Shown here piece after piece: positions 36,801-48,275 of a DNA stretch of 64,000 nucleotides; position 1 is the stretch's first letter; each line of letters opens with the position of its first letter. The translations under genes were made by a program, and so were the position numbers. Origin of the DNA: Monocercomonoides exilis PA203 (Eukaryota > Protista > Preaxostyla). Below the pieces are notes generated by a model. That model worked only from the letters and a program-made list of their open reading frames with translations, made no database searches and was not told the DNA's origin. Where the stretch lies: the NCBI GenBank assembly GCA_001643675.2, contig LSRY02000020.1, positions 186,001 through 250,000 on the forward strand, given 5' to 3'.

Positions 36801-39800
36801 GTCAAATCGAGCTCAGAGTGACTCAAAGGTGAAAGCTTCGAAGTCGAAGGAAGGATGGAAGATTGAGGAAGAATGCTTGAATTCTCAGCGCTTGCCATTG
36901 ATGACATCTTTGCTTCTGCTTCGAGTGTTGCCACGTCGCTGCTGTCGCCAATGTCAAATGAAGGCACAGGTGGAACAAGCGTCGCCGAGGGAGTGCAGAC
37001 ATCCCCGCGCAGCATTTGCTCAGAAGTGTAGTGTGGAACACCATCTGCATCGCAGCGCATCATCTCCAGATAATCAACATGGAAGGTTGTTCCAAACAGC
37101 AAGGGGCTTTTATACACAACTCCGTGAACACCGTGGCGATAGGAAAGAAGCTCCAGCTCTTCTGCCGCAAGATCCCAAGTGCGAATGTCTCTGTAGTTGA
37201 GCACGCTCATTTCGTTAGCATCGTCATCGTGCAGAACCAGTTGGTATGGTCCGCGAAAAGATGAACCCATCAAAATCTGGATGACCAATGCGTGTAATCT
37301 TCCTTCTGTTGGAAGAACCACATCAGTAAAGCAGTTGGGATTGAAATGAACAGACGATGAAGATGATTGAGGTGCACTGCTGCTGCTTCCACCAGCTGAT
37401 GAAAACGAAGGAGGCAAAGGAGCAGATGTCATTCCAGTTGTTGTACCCATCGTGGTCATCATCTGCGATTGTGAGTATGATGCAGGGCCCAGCTGTTGAC
37501 CAGCTCCGCCCATTCCCATCATCCCACCTCCCATCAGAGATCCCACATAACTCGAAGGAACGACACCGCTAGCACCAGTCATTCCCGAAGTCGATCCCAG
37601 AGGAGCATTCAATCCTGGGTTCATATGCCCTCCACCAACACCCATTTGAAGAGGCATTGGTGCACCCTGAGAACCAATACCTGCCATTCCACCCATTCCG
37701 CTCATTAATCCACCTGTTTGCGGTGTTGCTGCAACCAGTGGCGTGTATCCAACTCCCACAAATGGGAAGAGTGTGGAAGGTCCTGGAGAAGTTGTAGCAG
37801 AATTCATAAGGGACGGATTGACAGAAGAGCCCATAGTAGATGAGATGAATGAAGATGGGCCCATTTGAGCACCAAAGACTTGCCCAGATGAATAAGACGA
37901 TGCAACACCAGAAGAAAGAGGATTCATCGACATTGGCGTGGAGGCTGTTCCGTAATTTAATCCCATTGACGTGTTGATGTTCCCTTGCATCGACTGCATC
38001 ATCTGCTGTTGCCTCTGCCATTGCTGATATTGCCAGTGCTGCAGAGCCAGTGGATGAGAAGGAGGAAGTTGGGCAGCAGGATTTGCCAGTCCAACAGTCC
38101 ACAATGGAATGGTGCTGCTCATGTGCTTTAAAAGCAAAGGATGATAGCGTCTGTGTTTATGAGACGCTGAGGCATGAGGGAGATAGTCAATGATAAGGGA
38201 AGGAATTTCAGTGCCTGTTCTGACGTTGTTTGACTTCATTCCTGGAAGAAGCACAACACCTTTTGACTGAGCCATGGATGACTGCATTGAAGATTGTGCA
38301 GAAGCCGATGAGACTGGAAGCGATTGTTGGCTAACAAGATCAACAGGCATCACATCTTCAGGAGAGGCAACTGGATCTTCGTCATCAATCTCTTCATCCA
38401 GTCCATTTTCTAAGCGCGCCTTTTGTCGCTGCCTTTTCTCCTTCAGTACTCTTCCTTCTCTCAACTGGTGTGGTTGGAAAAGTTGCCGAGCATGTGTGCT
38501 GTCCAAAAGATTGGCCCTGTCTGTAGGCAATGAAAGGGTGCTGCCTTCAATTGCAGGTACAGCAGAGGAAACGTACAGAAGCAGTGGTGAGGGAGTGGCT
38601 GATGAAACTGCATCACTTGCCTCTTCTTTCCCCCCAGCAGACAAATGAGTATGGCGATGGAATGGCTGCTGGAAAATCTCACTTGGAGAAGGCTGATGCC
38701 CCGAAGAGCCTTCTGTTTCCTTTGGTGGTTGCTCTTCGTTCGCATCCACCAGACACTGTAAAGCAGGGTCTGATGCAAGAGCACGTGAAAGTGTCGACCA
38801 AAGCGAAGGGAATTCTGCAGATGAAAAAGCTGTGTGCGTTGTTATAGGATGCAAAACAAAACGGCATCCGCAGAACGATGCTGAAGGCGATGCCGAAAGT
38901 GTAACAGATGCTGTTATGTGCCTTGATTCAATGGAACGCGAGGCATTAGCAGCATCAACAGAGGAGAAAGAGGAAGAGAGTGCAGAAGGAGGAAGCGCTG
39001 GTGCAGCTTTTTCAATTTCTGGAATATATCGAAACGGGGCAGGTTCTGTTGAGAAATTCAACATAATTGACGCCGATTCTGAATTCGACGTGGGCAATGC
39101 CGATGAACTTAGCGATGCTATGGGCTCAATCTTTTTCGTAGCAACAGACTCGTCATTATCGTCTGCTGCTTCAAACAGCTTGGCATCATCTCGACTGAAA
39201 AGCCAGGAAGACGAAACAGGGCTAAGTCCCATCAAATGCGCGCAGCAATCTGAAGTGGAGCTGTTACGCACCACCCAGCGGGTGTCGTAGAAACCAGGCT
39301 GAAAGTAATGATTCTCATAAGAGCCAGACAAAGAATCAACATCTGCTCCGAAACGATTCTTGGAAGCTGGAGAATCCTTCACAGATGATGATGCCAAAGC
39401 ATGCGAAAGGGATTCCGGTGTCACTTTAACAGCATAGCGAAGGATAACTGAAGCAGATGTGTCATTATATGAAATTGATGACATTGCAGTTGAGATAATT
39501 CTGTCAGCTACTTCTTGATCCAGTTGCTGAGCAGAGCCATATGAAAATCCAAGTGAAAACGCTTCTTCTGACTCGTCGTCACCAACAAACAGATGGGGGC
39601 TAAGTAGAATTGGCATGTATTCTGCGACATGTTGATTTTCACTTGAGGCTGAATGTTCTCTCTGCTTCACACTCTGGTACAAATAGAAAAAATTGGCAGA
39701 TGCGGAAGAACTTGAACGTGTGCTTGACGTTGATGCATTGTGAGGAGACATTGAGCGCTGACTAGCTGCAGATTGCTTATTTTGTTGTGCTTGTGGAGGA

Positions 39801-40904
39801 TGATACACAAGAAGAGCAACATTGAACAGCTTTTCCAAAACAAGAGTGATCAATTTTTTCATCTTTGCTTTTGTTTTGTTTTTTGTTTCAGAATTAATCT
39901 CTAATTCGTCAACTTCCACACTCATTGCAATTCTCATTTCAGGCTTCATCTCATCTGCGATTGTCCCGACAACTACTCCCATTGTTTGATTTCCACTCTT
40001 TTCCTGTTCCTCGTCTTCACGATGTCCAAGATTAAAGGTATGGCCATCATATATCGCATTCAGCAAGCGAAGTGCACGCGACGCAACAACAGCATTTTGT
40101 GATCCTTGAAGCATGATCAGCAATCTCTCAATCTTGCGCAATCCTTCTGTATCACCTGCAGGAAGAGTGAAATGAAGAGAAGTCTCGATCTCGTCCATTA
40201 CATTTATTCCATGTCCGTCAAGTGCACGACATTTCCAATTATTATATTGCTCTTTTGAAATACAAAATTCTTTGACTTTCTTCTTTACCCAATTTATCAT
40301 CGTTACTATTTTCTGTTGATGAAATTCATCTTCAACTTCTTTAAGAAATTCGTTCATTGGATCTTCAACAATTTCATGAAAATGTTTCACAACAGCAGAA
40401 TCAAAATTAAATGATTCTTGTGTTCCTTTTTCTAGTTCATTCATCATTTTTAAGAATGCTATGATAATTCAAAAATAAAAATATTTTTGTTATAAAAAAT
40501 GTCAAAAAAAGGAAGAGAATGAATTTTAAAAAAGTTGTTTTGAAATTAAATATTATTGGAAGCGCACCTGAAGTTTGCTTTTTGAAAAGCATTAAAAGAT
40601 AACTGGTTAAAGAATCTGAAAACCATCCAGATCTTGTAATGGAAAGCAAAGAGAACGGTACCATCATTCTTGGCAAAGAACTATTTTCCGCATATCCAGG
40701 TTGCGTAACAAATATATCAAAGAAGTGAATTATCTCATATATAACATTTGATGTTTGAGAAGTTGAAATCCCTTTTAAAGTTTCAATAAACAGGTTCAAC
40801 GAATCAAAATAATTGGTAAAACAAGAAGAATCCAATAAATTAAAAAGGACAGTGCGTTTATTTTGATATATTTCTTGATAAGTAATTCTGACGGATTTTG
40901 ACAT
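30892..40904 (-). CDS. ~3175-aa glycogen/starch synthase (GT5) with a long N-terminal extension, probably containing a degenerate GH13-like domain
   Basis: Exons 40904-40568, 40458-35938, 35796-35302, 35171-32455, 32349-30892 join in frame (9528 nt). GT5 motifs PELGKWTTVGGLGVMVDEL, VISPYY, TNDW, FVGRLTEQKG, LMPSLFEPGGIVQME, GTPVVAFRTGGLKDTV. Confidence 0.85.
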
Positions 40905-41261
40905 TTTGTGAATAAATGCACCTTATTATGGGTGTATTCATCAAATTTCGTGTCACCTGTTTTGTTTAATGAATTATTTTCTATTATTTATACCAATAGT
41001 GTTTATTTGATACTGCAAGAATATAATGTTCAAATTTGTTTATATCTCCACTCATTTTGTTGAATTTTCAATGAAAATTTCACTTTTTCATTATTATTTT
41101 TTTTTTTTTCAAAAAACAAACGAACAAAAATAAAAGTGGTCTGTTAAGTCAGACGGCCTAAAAATTTGTATGTTAAAAGAAAAGAGTATTTCATAAATAA
41201 CGAAGGATAATCGACAAATCGCATATTTCAAAACTCTTCAACAATTTCATGGTATCTTTTT

Positions 41262-41263
<2 letters not shown>

Positions 41264-41312
<49 letters not shown>
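41264..41312 (+). repeat. Poly(T) tract, 49 nt
   Basis: Directly visible. Confidence 0.95.
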
Positions 41313-41313
<1 letters not shown>

Positions 41314-41457
41314 TGACAGACGAGGCTTCAAGTAATTTGTCAGGTCACAGAGGTATAATTCTTTTTGTTAAATTTCCCAATAAAATTCAATTTCTTATTT
41401 TTTTGTCATATCACTGTTCCCACTAAATACACTATAAATTATTCTTATTCGAAAAAT

Positions 41458-41561
41458 AATAATTCAATTTCGGAATTAATAATTCGAATTCGAAAATTGG
41501 TAATTCAACTTTGATATTTATTAATTCGATTTCGAAAAAGAACGAATCAACTTCGATATAA
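41458..41561 (+). repeat. Degenerate ~21-bp tandem minisatellite, 5 units (consensus ~AATAATTCRATTTCGAAAATT)
   Basis: Units start at 41458, 41478, 41499, 41520, 41541. Confidence 0.7.
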
Positions 41562-41652
41562 AAAAATTTTTTTATTTGAGGAATAAATAACTTGTGTTTC
41601 AGCGTTTGAATTCTCAAAATTTTAAAATCGTCTATTCACCTAGTTCATAAAG

Positions 41653-42030
41653 ACAGATATCGCATTAAATACAGGACATAGCACAAAATACCGGACAAGA
41701 TCGATTTCACAATAACTGCCAGAGGAATTATTCTGACAAATTTCATCAAAATATATCTCATCAATACAAACTCATGTGACATACAAGACTTTCAAATTAG
41801 CCTCATTTGTGCACAGAAAAATTAATGATTAAAATCTGGAAGAAACTCAAAATCCAATTTCTCCGATTTTTTAAAAATAATTTTTCTGAGTACAAATGAG
41901 GCTATTTTGAAAGTCTCGTTTATCAATTAAGTTTGTATTGATGAGATATATTTTGAAGAAAATTATCGGAATAATTCCTCTTGCAGTTATTGTGAAATCG
42001 ATCTTGTCCGGTATTTTTTGCGATATCTGT
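41653..42030. mobile_element. Foldback/MITE-like element, imperfect hairpin of ~380 bp
   Basis: AAAATACCGGACAAGATCGATTTCACAATAACTGC pairs with GCAGTTATTGTGAAATCGATCTTGTCCGGTATTTT. Pairing continues inward to ~41825/41878 and outward to ACAGATATCGCA/TGCGATATCTGT. Confidence 0.75.
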
Positions 42031-42187
42031 AAATCCATGAAATTTCTTCACAATGCGCATATTCTCTCACAAATAAGTTCTTTTATTCATTTTTGCAAAG
42101 TGCAAAGGTTTGAGAATTTTTTTCCAAAAATGATAAAATGGTTTATTCATTCGATGGCTTCAGCTTTCGAAATAATTCGATCTGTAG

Positions 42188-42443
42188 GGGTGATTATTTT
42201 TGAAATCATAACTTTTTTCGGAGTGTTTATTTATATGAAAATTCATTATCCTGTGCAACATAATTTTCTTTCAAAAATTATATGTTTGTCAATAGCTTCA
42301 AAAGCCAAAATTTGACTTGAAATAAAAGGAGAGGCATTATTAAATACATCTTTCACTTTTCAGTGTCCATTAATGAAGATTTTTCTCAAATATTCAAACC
42401 GAAATTTTTGAAAGAAAAAATATGATTTCAAAAATAATCACCC
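42188..42443. mobile_element. 256-bp MITE-like element with perfect 23-bp TIRs
   Basis: GGGTGATTATTTTTGAAATCATA (42188-42210) / TATGATTTCAAAAATAATCACCC (42421-42443); TA lies one base outside each end. Confidence 0.7.
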
Positions 42444-42566
42444 ATAGAAACAAAAGTGTTTTAACAAATAAAATATTTTGCAAATTATAGTTCAAACAAC
42501 ACACAAAAAAACTATTCATTCAGATGATTAATATTGATTCCATTTGTTATATTTTTTTAATGTGAG

Positions 42567-43615
42567 AAATTGTTATTGTGATAATGGTCAACTTTTTAAT
42601 AGGACTTTTCCCCTTATTGGCACTTGTTTTGTTTTTGACTGCCAACTTTCAACAAACGTTGATTGGATTTCAGCACATTAAAAATCCTTTTAAACCAGTT
42701 TTATTCTATTCTTTTACTGTTTTCTTTTTTATTTTTATTTTTTGCACATCGAGAAATTAAGTTTTTTTGCTAAATTTTATAGGACTTTTACCACCCAACC
42801 AGGTAACTCAAAAGAAATTTATAACTTGTTTTGAATTGCATAAACTATTATCTAACTATTTTTTAAATTCCTTTTTTTCACAAACACTTTTTTCTTGTTT
42901 TTTTCACATTTCATTTTTTTAACAACATGCAAGGACAAAACTGATTATTTCTTTGTAAATACAATGAAATGATAATAATAAAAATATGATATGAAAAACA
43001 AATACTTTAATAATGAAGCGTTGTTAAAATAAATCATATTTTTTTTTCCCATTTGTCAAGAAATAAATTTTGTAACAAAATATTGATCGTTGATCGTTAT
43101 TTGTTGACACCATTTGTCCGTAAAAGATAAATAAAAAAAAAAATATGATTTATTTTAACAACGCTTCATTATTAAAGTATTTGTTTTTCATATCATATTT
43201 TTATTATTATCATTTCATTGTATTTACAAAGAAATAATCAGTTTTGTCCTTGCATGTTGTTAAAAAAATGAAATGTGAAAAAAACAAGAAAAAAGTGTTT
43301 GTGAAAAAAAGGAATTTAAAAAATAGTTAGATAATAGTTTATGCAATTCAAAACAAGTTATAAATTTCTTTTGAGTTACCTGGTTGGGTGGTAAAAGTCC
43401 TATAAAATTTAGCAAAAAAACTTAATTTCTCGATGTGCAAAAAATAAAAATAAAAAAGAAAACAGTAAAAGAATAGAATAAAACTGGTTTAAAAGGATTT
43501 TTAATGTGCTGAAATCCAATCAACGTTTGTTGAAAGTTGGCAGTCAAAAACAAAACAAGTGCCAATAAGGGGAAAAGTCCTATTAAAAAGTTGACCATTA
43601 TCACAATAACAATTT
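42567..43615. repeat. Palindrome with 481-bp arms (42567-43047 / 43135-43615) and 87-bp spacer
   Basis: Arms are reverse complements; the same spurious peptide appears on both strands in the ORF track (42578-42760 + and 43422-43682 -). Confidence 0.95.
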
Positions 43616-43753
43616 TGAAAAATATTTCATTTGAAAATATTGAAACAAATAAAACAGCTTTTTGTGAAGGAAAATAACGCAAAACGCCTCTTTCATCAAT
43701 ATTTTGTGATCATTGTCATTTCGAAATAAGTGAGAAAAAAACCCAAAACAAGG

Positions 43754-46092
43754 ATGAACCATAACGATATCGTGAGGGCCATCCATAATTATTTAATTCG
43801 CAAGCACCACATGTCAACTGCAATTGTGACGCAAATCGAGGACATTTTGGAAAAGCAGGTATACCCTGAGTTTTATGCGCGCGAGGCGTCCCCCAAGAAG
43901 GCGGCGCAGGCAGCCGGACAAAGCACAAGTAATTTCGCTTTTTCTTGCTCTCTCTTTTTATTTTTTTGCACTTTTTTTGCATATTTTCCATTTTTGTGTT
44001 TCTTCTTTGTGGCCTGCCTTTGCGGCTCTGCTTTGCTGATGTGCGTGCTGCGCGGGTGCCACAGCGACGTATTGGTCGAAGGGTGTGATTTTTTGCGCTT
44101 TCTGGTTGTTTTTGGCTTGAAAGATGAACTTTCTTTCTTTTTTCTTTTATCACTTTCTTCTATGTTTGCTGCTGATTTGGGTGGCTAAAGGGACGGGATA
44201 CGGGTTTGGGTCGATGGGGACGCGGGACTGGGCAGCAATTGAGAGCCACACGAAGAAGGAGGAGGAGCAGATGAGGAAGCGGTTTGAGGCGCTGAACAAG
44301 CTGAACGGGGCGCTGCAGGGGCTGCGGGCGGAGGACTACGGGAAGGCAGCGGAGGTGCTGGCGGGGTCGCATGTGGCAGAGATCCTGTGCACGATCCTGG
44401 TGGACAGCTCGTTCAACTCGATGACGCGGCACTCGATGGTGTATCTGTCGTGTGTGGAGCTGCTGTACATGCTGTGCGCAGAGGACAGGCTGGCGCGGCT
44501 GCTGTTTGAGGAGGTGAAGAGCCAGGAGACGTCAGTGTACAAGCGGCTGAAGGGGGCGTATTCGAGCGCCCAGACCTTTCTGGAGCTGAGCAAGCTCTCG
44601 TCAGGAGGGTTTTTTGGTGTTGAAGCGAGCTGCTCATCGTCGTCACCGTCATCATCATCATCATCATCATCTTCGTCATCTTCGTCATCATCGAAATTCT
44701 CTTTTGTTGAGAAAGCAAAGAAGCAAGCGCAGGGAGAGGCAGAGGTGAAGGACGACGACTGCTCGTTTCTGCTTGCAAACAGCATCTCTGAGCTGTTCGT
44801 GCTGGTGGAAGAAAAGAAGAAGGCGCTTGGGGTGGGAGAGACGGCAGAGGGCGGAGTGTCTGAGGGGGACAGCGAAGCTGCCTCTTCATCCACAACGCCT
44901 TCAACCTCGCCTTCTCCTGCTTCTGCCTCATCCTCCTCCTCCTCCTCCTCCTCCTCCTCATCAACATCTTCAACATCGCCATCTCCATCTCCAGCATCAT
45001 CTCCAGCCACTTCAGCCTCATCATCATCTTCTTCTTCATCTTCATCGTTGTCGGCAGGAGAGCTGGAAGGGGCGGCAGAGAGGCGGTATGTGGAGCGGAT
45101 GCGGGGGATGCAGTTCAAAGTGACAGGAGACTCGGAGGTGTTCCGGAGGCGGCACTGCATGGCGTCGCGGCTGAATGGGCAGAGTGCGATGCCGAATGTG
45201 AAGCGGATCATGCAGGAGCTGTCGACGATCTCGACGTCGCTGCCGCTGACGCTGCACTCGTCGGTGTTTGTGGTGGTGGACACGTCGTCCACGCAGCTGG
45301 TGAAGGCGCTGATCAGCGGGCCGAAGGGCACGCCGTACGAGTGCGGGCTGTATGAGTTTGACATGTGTGCGGCTCTTGCTCTTATTAATCAATCAATCAA
45401 TTAATTATTTTTTTATTGTTTGTTTGATTGTTTGTTTGATTATTTGGGGACTGGCAGAATGTTCCCGCAGAACTACCCGAACAGCCCGCCGTCGGTGCTG
45501 CTGGTGACGACGGGGGGTGGGCGGTTCCGGTTCAACCCGAACTTGTACTCGAACGGGAAGGTGTGCCTGTCGCTGCTGGGGACGTGGAGCGGGAACGCGG
45601 GGGAGTCGTGGAACGCGAAGCTGTCGACGCTGCTGCAGGTGCTGATCTCGATCCAGGCGCTGATCCTGGTGGACGAGCCGTACTTCAACGAGCCGGGGTA
45701 CGAGCGGCAGATCGGGACGCCGCAGGGGAAGGCGAGCTCGCGGAGCTACAACACAAATGTGCGGAAGGTGTGCTTTGTCAGCTTGGCTGCCTTGGAGTTT
45801 ATTTCACATTCATGGATCTTATTTATTTTTATTTATTTATTTTATTTGTTTTGGATTGATTGGCTGTGGTGGGGCGGTGCAGGAGAACGTGAAGCTGGCG
45901 GTCATCGACCAGATAGAGAAGGCGCTGAAGGGCGAGACGGAGTTTGCAGATGTGATTGTGGGGCACTTTGCAGAGAAAGGGGAGTATTTCCTGGGGGTGG
46001 CAGAGGAGTGGCAGAAAGACACAGGGATCGAGCAGGGCGACATGGACAAGATGGCAAAGCTGTTTGCTGAGTGCAGGAACAAGAAGCAATAA
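43754..46092 (+). CDS. BIRC6-type ubiquitin-conjugating enzyme (E2), ~628 aa (copy 2, intact)
   Basis: Exons 43754-43928, 44065-44082, 44191-45364, 45458-45767, 45883-46092. Spliced product has [27 protein letters not shown], catalytic Cys in [12 protein letters not shown], and [10 protein letters not shown]. Confidence 0.9.
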
Positions 46093-46752
46093 CCACTTCT
46101 CTTCTTTTTTCCCCCCTTCTTCTTCCTCCTCTCTCTCGACCCCAATCTCTGCTGTATTTCCGCACTGCTGGCACTGATTTGCCTCTTCATTCTCCTTCTC
46201 CTTTTTTTTTTTCTTCATTGTGTGTTAATGGGGAAGTTTCTTTTCTGTTTGGATTGATGGAATTGGTATTAAGCTTTGTAATGTTTTATCCTGTTTGATT
46301 TTTCTTCACATTGGCTTTGTTCGTTTTTTTGAAGTCGGGATTCCAACTCGTTTGCTTTTATTGCTTCTTTTTTTGTGACTGGCATTTTGCGTTTTTTTTC
46401 AGTCTGTCTTTTTGTCTGTTTTGCTTTTTGCTTTTGCTTTTTTTGAGAGCAGTTTTTGGTTGGTGTGTCTGCTCATCGAGCTGTGGCATCAAAAATAACA
46501 ATTTGACTTGTGTATCTGGCCTTTCCCCAAAAACAAAAAAGACGAAAAAAAGATGAAAAAAAAAAAAATAAAAAACTGTATTCAAAAGCACAAGAGCCAA
46601 TGGAAGCAGCTGGGGCAAATCTGCTTCTGGCAGCATCCGCCAAAGCAGCACAATTGCTTTTTCATTTTTTTTAAAATGAAAAATAAAAGAAGGCAAAAGA
46701 GAACAGCGAAGGGCGCGTGCAGACATTCCTTGGCTGAGGCGCCTCGCTGCCT

Positions 46753-47870
46753 TCAAGGCGCAGGAAACGCCCCGAAGAACGGCTTGTGGCAGAGCGGGCA
46801 GTCGTAGAACTTCCCGGCCACCAGCGCCTCGATGCACTTCGTGTGGAAGCAGTGCCCGCACGGGCTCCGGAAGATCAGCTTCCGCGTCTCAAACAGCCCC
46901 TCGAAGCACACCGGGCAGTTCTCCCGCAGCGCCTCTGCGTGGCACTTGTGCCTCCCTCCAGCCCCCGCTCCACACAGCACCCGCACCCTCTGCAGTGCAC
47001 CGCCTCCTCTGCCCGCCCCCGCCTGCATATCCCGCCTGCGCCCCAGTTCCAACACACAAATATATATATATAACATTTCAGTGGGGAAAATTCAGTGCAA
47101 ATGAGGCACAAAATGAAAACAGCTCGCAAACACTCTGCACAATGAAAGCACTCCGCCAGCGGCGTCCCCTCAAACAGATGGCACTCCTCGCAGTAGTACC
47201 GCGCAAACACATTTTCGCAGAACTCGCACGTCCGCCCCACCCGCCCCACCTCCTTGCACCGGCAGCACCACACCTTCGCCACGCCCCGCCGGTCCAGCAC
47301 ATGGTCTGCCACCTTGTCGTGGCACACCCGGCAGCTGAAGAACCGCCCGCACTCCCCGCACAGCACCTTGCACTCCCGCAGATAGTGCTTGCACCCGTAG
47401 AACAGGTGCCCTCCGATGTACCGCGTCCGCCCTCCTTCTCCCCCCTGCGGCCAGCATCCCAATCCACACAACAGAAAGAAAAAGATAAAATAAAATATGA
47501 AATGCACAAACATCCTCTGCCCGGTGCCGCTCAATGTAGTCGGCTGCAAACTCTGCACGCGAAATCGTCCAGCCCGGCCCCATCTCTTGCGGAACAAGCT
47601 CCACACGCACCTCTCCCTTTCGCTCCGCCCACCCGACTGCCCGCAGCACGGCATCCCCCACAGAAATGGCACCACAAAAAAAACGTGCAGAAATCAACCC
47701 AGACCACATGCACCAAAGGAACAGTGAAAGCAAAACGGTTTGCAAAAGCCTTTCACACCAGACACCAGCGACGGCGTAAACTCCTCCTCGACCGAGTACT
47801 CAAAATCCACCTTCGCCCGGCCCTCCGGGAATGCACGCTTCAGAATCTCTGCCGGCTTCACAATCGACAT
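46753..47870 (-). CDS. RCHY1: CHY/RING-H2 E3, RCHY1-like (copy 2; 1-nt frameshift in a G-run at ~46955)
   Basis: Mirror of 10516-11633. Confidence 0.85.
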
Positions 47871-48275
47871 GCGCTCGTTTCAATATTCTTTTTTTCTTTC
47901 TGAAGTTTTTATTGTGGTTGGGGCTGGTTGAAAACAGGGCCAAACACCACAAAACTGCACCCAACAAAAGATGCTGCATTTTTGTTTTGTTTTATTCTAT
48001 TTCCATGGAAATCAGCTTTGGAAGCAAAACAGAAACCGAACCTCTTTCAAATTTGAATACAAGAATGAAAATTAAAAAAAAAAAAAAAAAAAGACAATTT
48101 TATAAAAAATAATAAAATAAATCATAACATCAACAATGTCTATTGTAATAGCAATAAAATTACAGGGAGAGAGAACAATCCTAATTTCCCTCCCCCAAAA
48201 CATCCTCTATACATCTCACATCAAAATAATTAATGAAATAAATAAAATAAAAAAAGACTGCTCGCTCTTGCATCC

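Noticed and set aside
15700-40904. Genome-wide TAR-to-Gln recoding
   Set aside because: Thousands of codons lack in-frame TAA/TAG, and TAA terminates the E2, synthase and TMEM181-like genes.
41136-41163. GTCTG-N6-CAGAC hairpin followed by CTAA as a Helitron 3' end
   Set aside because: Stem only 5 bp, spacing to CTRR too short, no matching 5' end.
41446-41561. CRISPR array or heat-shock elements
   Set aside because: Eukaryotic context, no spacers; GAA/TTC spacing does not fit nGAAnnTTCn.
41938-43682. ORFs 41938-42315, 42578-42760, 43422-43682
   Set aside because: AT-rich chance frames lying across inverted repeats.
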